Below, in pieces: positions 55,195-63,937 of a DNA stretch of 64,000 nucleotides. The DNA is from Bacteroidales bacterium (GTDB lineage Bacteria; Bacteroidota; Bacteroidia; Bacteroidales; GCA-2748055), in assembly GCA_029210725.1 (NCBI GenBank), contig JARGFM010000012.1, positions 36,956 to 100,955 of the forward strand, given 5' to 3'. The position numbers were made by a program, and so were the translations under genes. The notes under the pieces are model-generated. The model did no database searches, had not been told where the DNA came from, and saw nothing but the letters and a program-made list of their open reading frames with translations. Position 1 is the stretch's first letter. Each line of letters begins with the position of its first letter.

Positions 55195-56434
55195 CCTTGG
55201 TGAAGCTTCGACCACCGTTTTCCAACCATAGTTTCCCGTCAGCCGGCCAGTCGAACACCACGGCATAAACCGACTCCCCCTTACTCGTATAACGGCCCCA
55301 ATCCGGCTTGCTGAAAGGACTGGCCTGGCTTCCGTAAATTGCTTCCCCGTTCATATTCAGCCACTGACCTACAGACAAAAGCCTTTCCACACTGGGAGCG
55401 GGGATCAGTCCATCTGCTGTTGGTCCCACATTCAGCAGGAAGTTGCCCCCCTTGGAGGCTATGTCCACCAGGTTGCGGATAAGCATGGTATCGGACTTCC
55501 AGTTGTGATCAAAATGTTTAAAGCCCCAGGTATCGTTCATGGTCATGCATGATTCCCAGTCCTCCCCTTCGATCCCTGTATCAGGAATTTCCTGCTCGGG
55601 AGTGCCGAAATCTCCGGCAAAATCGCCCTCGGCATTCATGCCTGCCATGCCCTGGCGGCCCTTATCTACCCGGTTGTTTACAATCATCTCCGGATCCATA
55701 TCCGTGATAAACTTGTAGAGGTCCTTGCCCATCTCTGTAGTATAGGCCGGCACCCATTCACCATCAAACCACATGATCCTGGTGGGGTACTTCTCCATCA
55801 GTTCCTTCACCTGCGGTTTGAGGTAGTTTTCGTAATACCGGGGGAACTCCGGGTTGCCCACCGAATCTCCGCGCCATTTATTGTAATCGGGTTCCCAGAT
55901 AGCCTGGGCCTGGGGATGGTGCCAGTCCATGATGGAATGGTAAAAGCCCAGGGTGATGCCCTGTTTCTCGCAGGCTTCCGCAAGCTCTTCCAGGATATCC
56001 CGTCCAAAGGGAGTGGAGTCCATAATGTCGTAATCGCTGACCTCGGAATCCCAGAGGCAAAACCCATCGTGGTGCTTGGAGGTGATCACGATGTACTTCA
56101 TTCCTGCATCTTTGGCTATACCGACCCACTGCTCCGCATCGAACTTCACGGGATTAAACTGTGGGGCTAACTTCTCGTACTCAGCAATGGGAATCTGCAG
56201 GTGGTGCATGATCCATTCCGCATTCCTGGCCGGTGTACGCTTGCCATTGAACTCGCCTGCTGGGATGGAATATAGGCCCCAGTGGATGAACATGCCGAAG
56301 CGGGCATCTCTCCACCATTCCATTTTATCGGGCTGAGCGTTTGGTTCTGCTGCCTCTGTACCGGCAGGTTTGGGTGGTGTGTTACAGGCCATCAGGAAAG
56401 CAGTGGCCAGAATTGCAAGAAAGATTTTTCTCAT
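55079..56434 (-). CDS. alpha-L-fucosidase (GH29)
   Basis: 451 aa with a signal peptide. WWRDARFGMFIHWGLYS and KYIVITSKHHDGF motifs. Confidence 0.85.
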   Translation of the reverse strand: MRKIFLAILATAFLMACNTPPKPAGTEAAEPNAQPDKMEWWRDARFGMFIHWGLYSIPAGEFNGKRTPARNAEWIMHHLQIPIAEYEKLAPQFNPVKFDAEQWVGIAKDAGMKYIVITSKHHDGFCLWDSEVSDYDIMDSTPFGRDILEELAEACEKQGITLGFYHSIMDWHHPQAQAIWEPDYNKWRGDSVGNPEFPRYYENYLKPQVKELMEKYPTRIMWFDGEWVPAYTTEMGKDLYKFITDMDPEMIVNNRVDKGRQGMAGMNAEGDFAGDFGTPEQEIPDTGIEGEDWESCMTMNDTWGFKHFDHNWKSDTMLIRNLVDIASKGGNFLLNVGPTADGLIPAPSVERLLSVGQWLNMNGEAIYGSQASPFSKPDWGRYTSKGESVYAVVFDWPADGKLWLENGGRSFTKATLLDGKMELEMKPKDGGMLLSLPAKAPDEIASVILLE

Positions 56435-56532
56435 TGGTGCAGGACTTAGGTTCAGAAACTAAATATACGAACTTTAAGAGTTTTCCCCTCACTCCCGGGA
56501 AGGAACCTGATCTGGCTGCAGCTGGCCGCAGA

Positions 56533-57777
56533 TCACTCCTGGTATTCAGGCTTTTCAACCTTCCCCATAAAAACGATGGCCCCGGTGGAGTTTTCTTTAA
56601 TCAGGTAAAGAAAGGGCCGGTCCGCTTTGAAATAGATGGGGGATCCGCCTCCCTGGGTGCTTAGATTTCTCATCTCAACGATGGTGGCTGCGGCGGCCTC
56701 GGTGCCCTCCTCCTGCACATCAATAAAAGTCTGATGAATGACCCTGGAAATAAAGATCTGCATGGAGCTGGTTATTTTGGAAAAGTCGGCCGTGTCAGAA
56801 AAGGCAATACCCAGCCCCAGGTTTTTCAAAGGGATGTTGAGTAGTTCTTTAAATTCATACTTGAATTTGGGGAGTTCCACGTGAACTCCGGTGTACAGGG
56901 AGCTTTCGAACCAGTCGTTCCATTTTCCAATATCCAGGAGTCCTGTCAGCTCATCCACGTTTTTTCCATCAGAGGGAAGCATTACCAGCATGCTGAAAGC
57001 GCTGTCTCCATAAGGCAATTCAACGGCTGTGAAATCGTTATTGCTGATATATTGAAAATTTCCTTCCACATGCATGTAATCGACCTGGTGGGGGGACAGA
57101 TCAGAGAGAGTGAATTCCCCTTCCCGGGTTTCCGTTTTTTCGAACTCATATTTCCAGGTGGCATTAAAATAGATGGCATTGATCAGGTACATGACGGCGT
57201 AATCAGGGATCTCGTCCAGCATGTCCTGTATTTTGTTGTTGGTTTTATCTTCGATCCACTGGTTAATGATATCAACTGTTGCAGGATCTGTGAAATCGAC
57301 CTCTTCCACGACCGCATCAAAGTAGTCCCGGTTGACCGCGATAAATCCGGGAAATACCTGGAAGCCCTGCCGGTACCAGATGCTGTTGGCCAGGGCGAAT
57401 TCCACCTGGTCGTCCAGGACCAGCAGCTGATCCATCAGGTCTTTGTAGTTTTCGTTGACCTCTTCGGTCGACAGTCCGCTGAAATGCAATACCTCATTAA
57501 ATGCCTGGAGGGTGGCTCCCTCTGCTCCGTTGTAGGTCATCCCGAGTGCGTAAGAGACACTCAGAGGCGAGATCATCAGGTTTTGTCCTTCTGCCAGTTG
57601 ACAAAGCTCTTTGAATAGTTCAAAGCCAAAAGCATTATCTGCCTGGATAATTTCTGCGGCTTTTTTATGCAGGGTTATTTTTGGAATTTCTTTTTCCACC
57701 GGATCTGTTTTCTCGCAGGAGAAAGTGAGGCAGGCAGCAATGATCGGGAGGATCGGAAACAGACTGGACTTTTTCAT
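56533..57777 (-). CDS. serpin-family serine protease inhibitor (lipoprotein)
   Basis: 414 aa. Lipobox LTFSC, hinge / reactive-centre-loop region EEGTEAAAATIVEMR, and C-terminal FKADRPFLYLI. Confidence 0.85.
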   Translation of the reverse strand: MKKSSLFPILPIIAACLTFSCEKTDPVEKEIPKITLHKKAAEIIQADNAFGFELFKELCQLAEGQNLMISPLSVSYALGMTYNGAEGATLQAFNEVLHFSGLSTEEVNENYKDLMDQLLVLDDQVEFALANSIWYRQGFQVFPGFIAVNRDYFDAVVEEVDFTDPATVDIINQWIEDKTNNKIQDMLDEIPDYAVMYLINAIYFNATWKYEFEKTETREGEFTLSDLSPHQVDYMHVEGNFQYISNNDFTAVELPYGDSAFSMLVMLPSDGKNVDELTGLLDIGKWNDWFESSLYTGVHVELPKFKYEFKELLNIPLKNLGLGIAFSDTADFSKITSSMQIFISRVIHQTFIDVQEEGTEAAAATIVEMRNLSTQGGGSPIYFKADRPFLYLIKENSTGAIVFMGKVEKPEYQE

Positions 57778-57847
57778 GGGTTCGTCGGTTTGTGACTGTA
57801 GGATGCAAATTTAGCAAAGAAGGTTGGGTGTTAACAGGGTTAATCGG

Positions 57848-57918
57848 GGATTACTCGCAGCCTTGATGCTCCTGATCCCAGAGAGGGGGTCCTGCACTGA
57901 TTAGAATAACGCAAAAGA
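57848..57918. repeat. single copy of the 39-47-bp structured repeat plus conserved tail (related to 59260-59421)
   Basis: GGATTACTCGCAGCCTTGATGCTCCTGATCCCAGAGAGG differs at 2 of 39 positions from the tandem unit at 59260. The tail CCTGCACTGATTAGAATAACGCAAAAG parallels CCTGCACAGATTCGAAAAACGCAAAAT. Confidence 0.7.
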
Positions 57919-57944
57919 GGCTGCCCCTGTAGAGACAGCCTCTT
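57911..57944 (-). terminator. putative intrinsic terminator downstream of the S8 protease gene
   Basis: On the minus strand, AAGAGGCTG and CAGCCTCTT form a 9-bp stem with a 12-nt loop. The stem is followed by TTGCGTTATT. Confidence 0.5.
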
Positions 57945-57965
57945 CTTCGGGATGTCACGAAATAG

Positions 57966-59150
57966 TTAATTATGTGCTATGGGATCGGGTTCTCCATCCG
58001 GATCACTATTCACATATCCGTCACTTGACAGGTTTCCACCGGTCGCCAGTAATAATCCACATACATGGGGGGCAGCCATGGAGGTCCCGCTCATGGTGGC
58101 ATAACCTCCACTTTTGTAGGTGGATAAGACACTTACACCCGGGGCGCAATAATCTATTGGCGGATTTCCATAGTTAGAGAAATATGCAAAGTTATCGTTG
58201 ATATCCATGGCCGAAACGGTATAAAGGTTGGTTCCGTTAGCGCGGGCAGGAGAATGATTGTTGGCATCATCACTTTCATTTCCGGCAGCAAGTGCTACAA
58301 ATACGCCTGAAGCTCCCAGGTTTATTACAGCTTCATCAATGGGATCATAAACACTGCCCCCAAGGCTTAAGTTGGCTACATCACCTGGCTGGGCATTGGC
58401 GGCCACGTAGTCCACTCCTGCTATGATATCGGTCATGGTTCCTGATCCCCTGCGGTTGAGTACCTTCACCGCGACCACTGTGGCACCGGCAGCAACTCCA
58501 ACCACACCTATCTCATTATCAATGGCGGCAACAATACCAGCACAGTGGGATCCATGTCCGTTATCGTCCTCCGGGCTAGTGGTTCTGATCACAAATGTTT
58601 TGGATTTTAAGGCGTCCACGTTCAGATCGGGATGATCCAGATCGATTCCCGTATCAATGATCCAGGCCACATGGCTTCCTGTATAGGTGATGCTGCCAAC
58701 CCTGGTAATTCCATAAGGTACCGATTGGGCAGGTGGATCCGTAGGTACAGTTCCGGGTTTTTTGAGGGTAACGATCCGGTCCTCCCAGACACCTTTCACT
58801 CCCTCCTGCTTTTTCAGGGCTGATGCCTCTTCCTCACTCAGAGATACGGAAAAGCCTTTGAAAGCGGATCCGTAAATTCTATTCGGAGACTTTCCATCAA
58901 CTCCGGTTCGTTGAAGAATGCGGGATGCTTCCTCTGAGACCAGGGCCTTACGGGCAGTTTCATCTGCAAGGGTTGATTTAAGTGAGGAGATGGCTCCATC
59001 GAGTTGAACAATGTAAACTCCGGGAATCACATCATCGGCAAAGCTTGTTTCGCTCTCATTGTCTATTAGCCCTGGTTCAATGCCAGGATCCTTTTCGCAG
59101 GAATACACCAATAGGGCAAGAATGGCCACAAACAGTAAGATTCTTTTCAT
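57966..59150 (-). CDS. S8 (subtilisin-like) serine peptidase with N-terminal I9-like propeptide
   Basis: 394 aa. Lipoprotein-like signal (LLVYSC). Catalytic triad contexts are IIDTGIDLDHPDL (Asp), GHGSHCAGI (His) and SGTSMAAPHV (Ser). Confidence 0.85.
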   Translation of the reverse strand: MKRILLFVAILALLVYSCEKDPGIEPGLIDNESETSFADDVIPGVYIVQLDGAISSLKSTLADETARKALVSEEASRILQRTGVDGKSPNRIYGSAFKGFSVSLSEEEASALKKQEGVKGVWEDRIVTLKKPGTVPTDPPAQSVPYGITRVGSITYTGSHVAWIIDTGIDLDHPDLNVDALKSKTFVIRTTSPEDDNGHGSHCAGIVAAIDNEIGVVGVAAGATVVAVKVLNRRGSGTMTDIIAGVDYVAANAQPGDVANLSLGGSVYDPIDEAVINLGASGVFVALAAGNESDDANNHSPARANGTNLYTVSAMDINDNFAYFSNYGNPPIDYCAPGVSVLSTYKSGGYATMSGTSMAAPHVCGLLLATGGNLSSDGYVNSDPDGEPDPIAHN

Positions 59151-59259
59151 TTTGATTGGGTTTTAGGTTTAATAAATAGTACCTGTAAAGTAATTATAAT
59201 TACAGGGAAAGCCATGCATTGTGCATATTTATTTGGATCCGGGAAATCTTTCATCGGGA

Positions 59260-59421
59260 GGATTACTCGCAGCCTTGCTGCTCCTGATCCCTGAGAGGAT
59301 AAGAGGGGATTACTCGCAGCCTTGCTGCTCCTGATCCCTGAGAGGATAAGAGGGGATTACTCGCTTCGCTCATGATCCCATTGGGGGAGACCTGCACAGA
59401 TTCGAAAAACGCAAAATGCAC
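59260..59421. repeat. tandem 47-bp repeat (2 perfect units plus a diverged third) with conserved tail
   Basis: Units at 59260-59306 and 59307-59353 are identical (GGATTACTCGCAGCCTTGCTGCTCCTGATCCCTGAGAGGATAAGAGG). A third, diverged unit starts at 59354. Each unit can fold as GGGAUUA-CUC-GCAGC-CUU-GCUGC-UCC-UGAUCCC. Confidence 0.85.
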
Positions 59422-59487
59422 TTTGTGCATCTTTGGTTTTTATTTGCACCTTCTCCTCGCTCAGGCAAGCCTGGCTCGGGAAGCTAC

Positions 59488-59523
59488 AAATAAAAAACCC
59501 GCTTGCTGTGCAAACGGGTTTTT
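59488..59523 (-). terminator. intrinsic terminator downstream of tRNA-Ser
   Basis: On the minus strand, AAAACCCG-tttgcacagcaag-CGGGTTTT is followed by TTATTTG. Confidence 0.65.
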
Positions 59524-59533
59524 CGAATCTTTG

Positions 59534-59618
59534 CGGAGGAAGAGGGATTCGAACCCCCGGTACCTTACGGTACAACGGTTTTCAAGACCGCCGCATTCGA
59601 CCACTCTGCCATTCCTCC
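59534..59618 (-). tRNA. tRNA-Ser (anticodon UGA)
   Basis: The 85-nt minus-strand sequence is GGAGGAATGGCAGAGTGGTCGAATGCGGCGGTCTTGAAAACCGTTGTACCGTAAGGTACCGGGGGTTCGAATCCCTCTTCCTCCG. It has a 7-bp acceptor stem, anticodon loop CU-UGA-AA, a long variable arm (GTACC/GGTAC) and a T-loop TTCGAAT. Confidence 0.88.
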
Positions 59619-59865
59619 GGGCGCGAAATTAGTAAAATTTTGCTTTTTGGAGCTGAAAAAGCAGAAGATTATGGCTGGAAAGGGGATGTGTAAAGAGGAA
59701 AATTTGTATATTTTAAGTTGACTTTGACAAAAGTGAGTATTGGCGGACCTTGCAGAAGAAATATTCTGCAAAAAGAAAACGGCGAAAATGGCCGTATTTA
59801 TGCCTGGAATAGTGGGGGAATCTCAGTATTTATACACATTTCAGCGATTTTTTTGCAGGGGATTC

Positions 59866-59895
59866 TTGGTGGGGTATCAGAAAAAATTATATTTG
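59866..59895 (+). promoter_or_regulatory. Bacteroidota-type promoter (TTG-N19-TATATTTG) upstream of the HU gene
   Basis: TTG at 59866-59868 and TATATTTG at 59888-59895 match the published -33 TTG / -7 TAnnTTTG consensus with 19-nt spacing. The site lies about 60 nt upstream of the start codon. Confidence 0.45.
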
Positions 59896-59955
59896 TATAG
59901 AATTTGGCTAGAAAAGTTAAGAAAACATTTTACTAACCCTTAAATTTCATTTATT

Positions 59956-60228
59956 ATGAACAAAGCAGAATTAATAGATGCTGTTGCTTCTGAGTCTAAT
60001 CTGACTAAGGCAGATGCCAAAAGGGCTCTTGATGCTTTTATCACTACTACTACTGATGCATTGAAGAAAGGTACCCGTGTTGCACTTGTTGGATTTGGAT
60101 CTTTTTCAGTTTCTGAAAGAGGTGCGAGGACCGGCCGTAATCCGCAAACAGGAGCAGAGATTAAAATTGCTGCCAAGAAAGTTGTGAAGTTCAAAGCTGG
60201 AAGTGAGCTCAGTGACGCTGTCAAGTAA
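59956..60228 (+). CDS. hup: HU-family DNA-binding protein
   Basis: 90 aa. [11 protein letters not shown] start and beta-arm [12 protein letters not shown]. Confidence 0.9.
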   Translation: MNKAELIDAVASESNLTKADAKRALDAFITTTTDALKKGTRVALVGFGSFSVSERGARTGRNPQTGAEIKIAAKKVVKFKAGSELSDAVK

Positions 60229-60251
60229 AAATATTTGAACTGCATTAAATA

Positions 60252-60277
60252 GGGAGCGTTTCGCTCCCTTTTTTTTT
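60252..60277 (+). terminator. intrinsic terminator after the HU gene
   Basis: GGGAGCG-ttt-CGCTCCC followed by T9. Confidence 0.8.
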
Positions 60278-60292
60278 ACATAATTTTGAATT

Positions 60293-60982
60293 ATGGACCA
60301 ACTGGAACTGGACCTGATAGAGCATCTTTCGGGATGTATCACTGAAAAGAGGCTTTCCCTTTTTAAACAGGTTTTGGGAGATCGTACGCGTTACCTCACT
60401 GTATTGATTGAGGATATCTACCAGTCGCATAATGCTTCGGCAGTGCTGCGTACCTGCGATTGTAATGGAATCCAGGATGTACATATAGTGGAGGAGAATA
60501 ATGAGTATGAGATCAACCGGGATGTGGCCCTTGGCTCGGAGCAGTGGCTCACTCTGCACTATTACAGGGAAGGAAGGGACAATATTTGCAAAAGTATTGA
60601 TTCATTACGGAAGAATGGATACCGCATTGTGGCCACATCTCCCTACAAAGAGGGAAGCACTCCTGAGGACTTTGACCTGGAGAGGGGCAAGGCGGCCCTG
60701 ATGTTCGGGACTGAACTGAACGGACTAACAGAACGGGCGCTGGAACTTGCTGACGAGTATATTCAGATTCCCATGGTTGGATTTACTGAGAGTTATAATA
60801 TCTCGGTTTCCGCTGCCATTATCCTTTATTCACTCAGGAAACGCCTGGAATTATCATCACTATCATGGCGTCTGGATGAAAAGGAACGAAACCACTTGTT
60901 GCTTAAATGGTTACGCACAAGTATTAAGATGTCAAAACAGATTGAGAATAAGTTCATTAAAGAATATCGCCCCTATTTTTAG
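60293..60982 (+). CDS. trmH: SpoU/TrmH-family tRNA/rRNA 2'-O-methyltransferase
   Basis: 229 aa. SpoU motifs NASAVLRTCD, ALMFGTELNGL and IPMVGFTESYNISVSAAI. The domain order matches TrmH-like Gm18 enzymes. Confidence 0.7.
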   Translation: MDQLELDLIEHLSGCITEKRLSLFKQVLGDRTRYLTVLIEDIYQSHNASAVLRTCDCNGIQDVHIVEENNEYEINRDVALGSEQWLTLHYYREGRDNICKSIDSLRKNGYRIVATSPYKEGSTPEDFDLERGKAALMFGTELNGLTERALELADEYIQIPMVGFTESYNISVSAAIILYSLRKRLELSSLSWRLDEKERNHLLLKWLRTSIKMSKQIENKFIKEYRPYF

Positions 60983-61074
60983 GCTCCCGGTGCATTGGAT
61001 TTCCATACTTTAGTTATCTTTGATTAACAGAGGATTTCCTTAGATAAGCCTTATCCTTTGTTTGACAAAACACT

Positions 61075-61788
61075 ATGGTGATGAATTGCATGATAATAGA
61101 TGATGATACGCTTTCCAGGCGGATTATTGAGGAGTTTATCCAGAAAACCGATGGATTGGAGTTAGTGTCTTCCAGCGGGGATCCGGTCGAAGGGATCAAC
61201 CTTCTTAAGAAACATGATGATATCCATTTGATCTTCCTGGATATTGAGATGCCTGAAATGACTGGAATTGAGCTTCTTAATACCCTGAAAAATCCTCCAC
61301 AGATCATTATTGTATCCTCAAAAGGGAAGTATGCGGTTGATTCTTATGAGTATGATGTAACCGATTATTTGCTTAAGCCGGTGGATTATGGCCGTTTCTA
61401 CAGGGCTGTTTCCAAAGCTTTTAAGCGCTTTGAGCAGATGACAGCCGAACAGATTGGTAAAGATGAAATCTTCATAAAAAAGAATGCGACTCTGGTCAAG
61501 TTGAAGTACGATGATATTCTTTGGGTTGAAGCCCTGGAAAATTATGTAATTTTCAATACCTTCTCTGATAAGTATACCATTCACTTCACTATGAAGGCCA
61601 TTGAGCAGAAACTGCCGACCAATAAATTTACCCGCGTTCATCGTTCTTATATTGTAAATACCAGTTGCATCAATGTTATAGAAGATAACTCGGTGATTAT
61701 TAAAGTGGAGGATGGTGCCAAATCCATCCCCATCGGAAAATCTTACAAGGAGAAATTAATGAGGGATATCAACCTGATCATTAAGTAA
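61075..61788 (+). CDS. LytTR-family response regulator
   Basis: 237 aa. Receiver (IIDDD, FLDIEMPEMTG) plus a LytTR DNA-binding domain (FTRVHRSYIVN). Confidence 0.85.
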   Translation: MVMNCMIIDDDTLSRRIIEEFIQKTDGLELVSSSGDPVEGINLLKKHDDIHLIFLDIEMPEMTGIELLNTLKNPPQIIIVSSKGKYAVDSYEYDVTDYLLKPVDYGRFYRAVSKAFKRFEQMTAEQIGKDEIFIKKNATLVKLKYDDILWVEALENYVIFNTFSDKYTIHFTMKAIEQKLPTNKFTRVHRSYIVNTSCINVIEDNSVIIKVEDGAKSIPIGKSYKEKLMRDINLIIK

Positions 61789-61791
61789 TAT

Positions 61792-62979
61792 ATGGTTTCC
61801 AGGCGGCAGCTATTTTTCCGCTACGTGGCGCAGACATCTGAATCTTCCCTTCAGTTTGAGATCGAAAGAGCTGAAGGGATTTATTTTTATGATATCAAGG
61901 GCAAAGCCTATATCGACTTGGTTTCGGGGGTGTCCGTATCTGCTGTAGGGCACGGGAACCCGGTTGTGGTGAAAGCAGTTCAGGATCAGGCAGAGACTTA
62001 TATGCACACCATGGTTTACGGGGAGTTTGTTCAATCGCCCCAGGTGGCATATGCCCAGTGGCTGACAGAGCGATTGCCCCGATGTCTTGATAATGTTTAT
62101 TTTGTAAATTCGGGTAGTGAAGCCCTTGAAGGGGCCATGAAGCTGGCAAAGCGGGCCACAGGAAGAAGCGATTTTATTGCTTTTGAAAAGGCCTACCATG
62201 GGGGAACCCAGGGCGCCTTGAGTATACTCGGGGATGCGAAGGGGAGATCGGGTTATTTGCCCCTGTTGCCGGGGATCCAACATATCCGGTTCAACCATAA
62301 GGAGGACCTTGGGTTCATTCATAAGGGTGTGGCCGGCGTTATCGTGGAGCCCATTCAGGCTGAAGCAGGGATCATTGAACCATCCGGGGATTATCTGATC
62401 CAGTTACGGCGTAAGTGTGACGAGTCGGGTGCCTTGTTGATTCTGGATGAGATTCAGACGGGGATGGGAAGGACCGGAAAGTTCATGGCTTATGAACATT
62501 TTGACATTGTTCCCGATATTCTATGCCTGGCGAAGAGCTTTGGAGGAGGAATGCCTTTGGGGGCTTTTGTGGCTTCCAGGAAGCTAATGAGTAAGTTAAC
62601 CTTCGATCCACCCCTGGGGCATATCACCACCTTTGGTGGCCATCCTGTATGCTGCGCGGCTGGTCTGGCAGCTCAAAAATTAATTGAGGAAGAGGGTTTG
62701 GTGGCCCGTGCTTTAAAGATGGAGCAGCGTTACCGGGGCGGGTTGAAACATCCTGTGATCAAGCGGATTAGGGGAAGAGGATTGTTTCTTGCTGTAGTGC
62801 TTGATTCGGAGATACAGGTGAGCCGCTTTATCTCCAGAGCTTTTGAGAATGGACTGATCATTGATCAGTTTTTGTTTTCAGACAATTCGTTCCGGATAGC
62901 TCCTCCGCTGATCATCTCAGATCATGAGGCCGATGAATCCATGGAACGAATTATGGCTACGCTGGATGGCCTGGCCTGA
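61792..62979 (+). CDS. class-III PLP aminotransferase (acetylornithine/ornithine aminotransferase-like)
   Basis: 395 aa. NSGSEALEGAMKLA, DEIQTGMGRTG, and the PLP-lysine context LCLAKSFGGG. Confidence 0.8.
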   Translation: MVSRRQLFFRYVAQTSESSLQFEIERAEGIYFYDIKGKAYIDLVSGVSVSAVGHGNPVVVKAVQDQAETYMHTMVYGEFVQSPQVAYAQWLTERLPRCLDNVYFVNSGSEALEGAMKLAKRATGRSDFIAFEKAYHGGTQGALSILGDAKGRSGYLPLLPGIQHIRFNHKEDLGFIHKGVAGVIVEPIQAEAGIIEPSGDYLIQLRRKCDESGALLILDEIQTGMGRTGKFMAYEHFDIVPDILCLAKSFGGGMPLGAFVASRKLMSKLTFDPPLGHITTFGGHPVCCAAGLAAQKLIEEEGLVARALKMEQRYRGGLKHPVIKRIRGRGLFLAVVLDSEIQVSRFISRAFENGLIIDQFLFSDNSFRIAPPLIISDHEADESMERIMATLDGLA

Positions 62980-63032
62980 CAAGAAAACGGAGTATTTTTT
63001 CGTTCGGAGTATTTTTTCGTTCATTAAGTGAT

Positions 63033-63860
63033 ATGATCAGATTTTTTGGCACTTTTTTCTTACTTTTTTTCCACCTGTCGCTTCATGCTCAGGAGCCGGC
63101 CTATCTGGAACTTGTAAAAGCGGAATCCCGGCTTCAGGGCCTTTTTAATCAACTCTATGGGGATAGTATTTCCGATAAAGAATTTCTTCTTGAAACTATA
63201 AAACTGGAGATGACCGTAGCGCTTTCCATGCCCGGTTCTCTGGATTTCCCCTGGAATCGTCTGGACAAAATAGGGGTCATACGCTCCGAGGATAAACGAA
63301 TGAGGGTATTTTCCTGGCATGTGGAGGATGATAAGGACCACTACCGTTACTTTGGTCTGATTCAGATTGAACTGAAAAAGGGAAAAATCAGGCTTTACGA
63401 ACTGAAGGATAACGGGAAGCCCCAGCGGGGAATGGTGAAGTATGACCAGTCGAAAACCGACTGGTATGGAAAACTCTACTACCAGGTATTAACAAACACC
63501 TACAAACGAAAGACCTTCTATACTCTTCTGGGTATGGACTTTAACAATATGCTTTCCACCATCAAGAGTGTGGAGGTGATGGTCATTCAGCGGAACGAGC
63601 CCCTGTTTGCCAGATCACTTTTTTTTAACGGCCGCGATTTCGTGGATCGGCTTGTTCTGGAGTACGCCAAGCAGGTAGCCATATCGGTTCGCTACGACCC
63701 GGGAATAGGAATGATTACCTTCGATCACCTGGCACCCTTTCATCCCATCTATGAAAACAACTTTGAGTTTTATGGACCCGACGGCTCCTTTGACGGCCTG
63801 GAATTTGAAGAAGGGCACTGGATCTACCGTGCTGATATCGATGCCAGGAATGCAGACTGA
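63033..63860 (+). CDS. hypothetical exported protein
   Basis: 275 aa with an N-terminal signal peptide (FFLLFFHLSLHAQE). No recognised domain. Confidence 0.5.
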   Translation: MIRFFGTFFLLFFHLSLHAQEPAYLELVKAESRLQGLFNQLYGDSISDKEFLLETIKLEMTVALSMPGSLDFPWNRLDKIGVIRSEDKRMRVFSWHVEDDKDHYRYFGLIQIELKKGKIRLYELKDNGKPQRGMVKYDQSKTDWYGKLYYQVLTNTYKRKTFYTLLGMDFNNMLSTIKSVEVMVIQRNEPLFARSLFFNGRDFVDRLVLEYAKQVAISVRYDPGIGMITFDHLAPFHPIYENNFEFYGPDGSFDGLEFEEGHWIYRADIDARNAD

Positions 63861-63937
63861 CATTCCGTCAGTTTTAAGTACTTGGCATAGCCTTTGACAC
63901 TTCCGTGGTCAAATGTAAAACCTAAAATAGTTGAACG

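Noticed and set aside
59260-59353. Possible CRISPR array, because of identical direct repeats.
   Set aside because: The 47-bp units abut directly with no spacers, there are fewer than three copies, and no cas genes are nearby. This is a tandem repeat, not a CRISPR array.
56533-59618. Integrative element or genomic island inserted at tRNA-Ser.
   Set aside because: There is no integrase, excisionase or mobility gene. I found no direct repeat of the tRNA 3' end. The repeats present are unrelated to the tRNA body, and the resemblance is limited to the terminator context.
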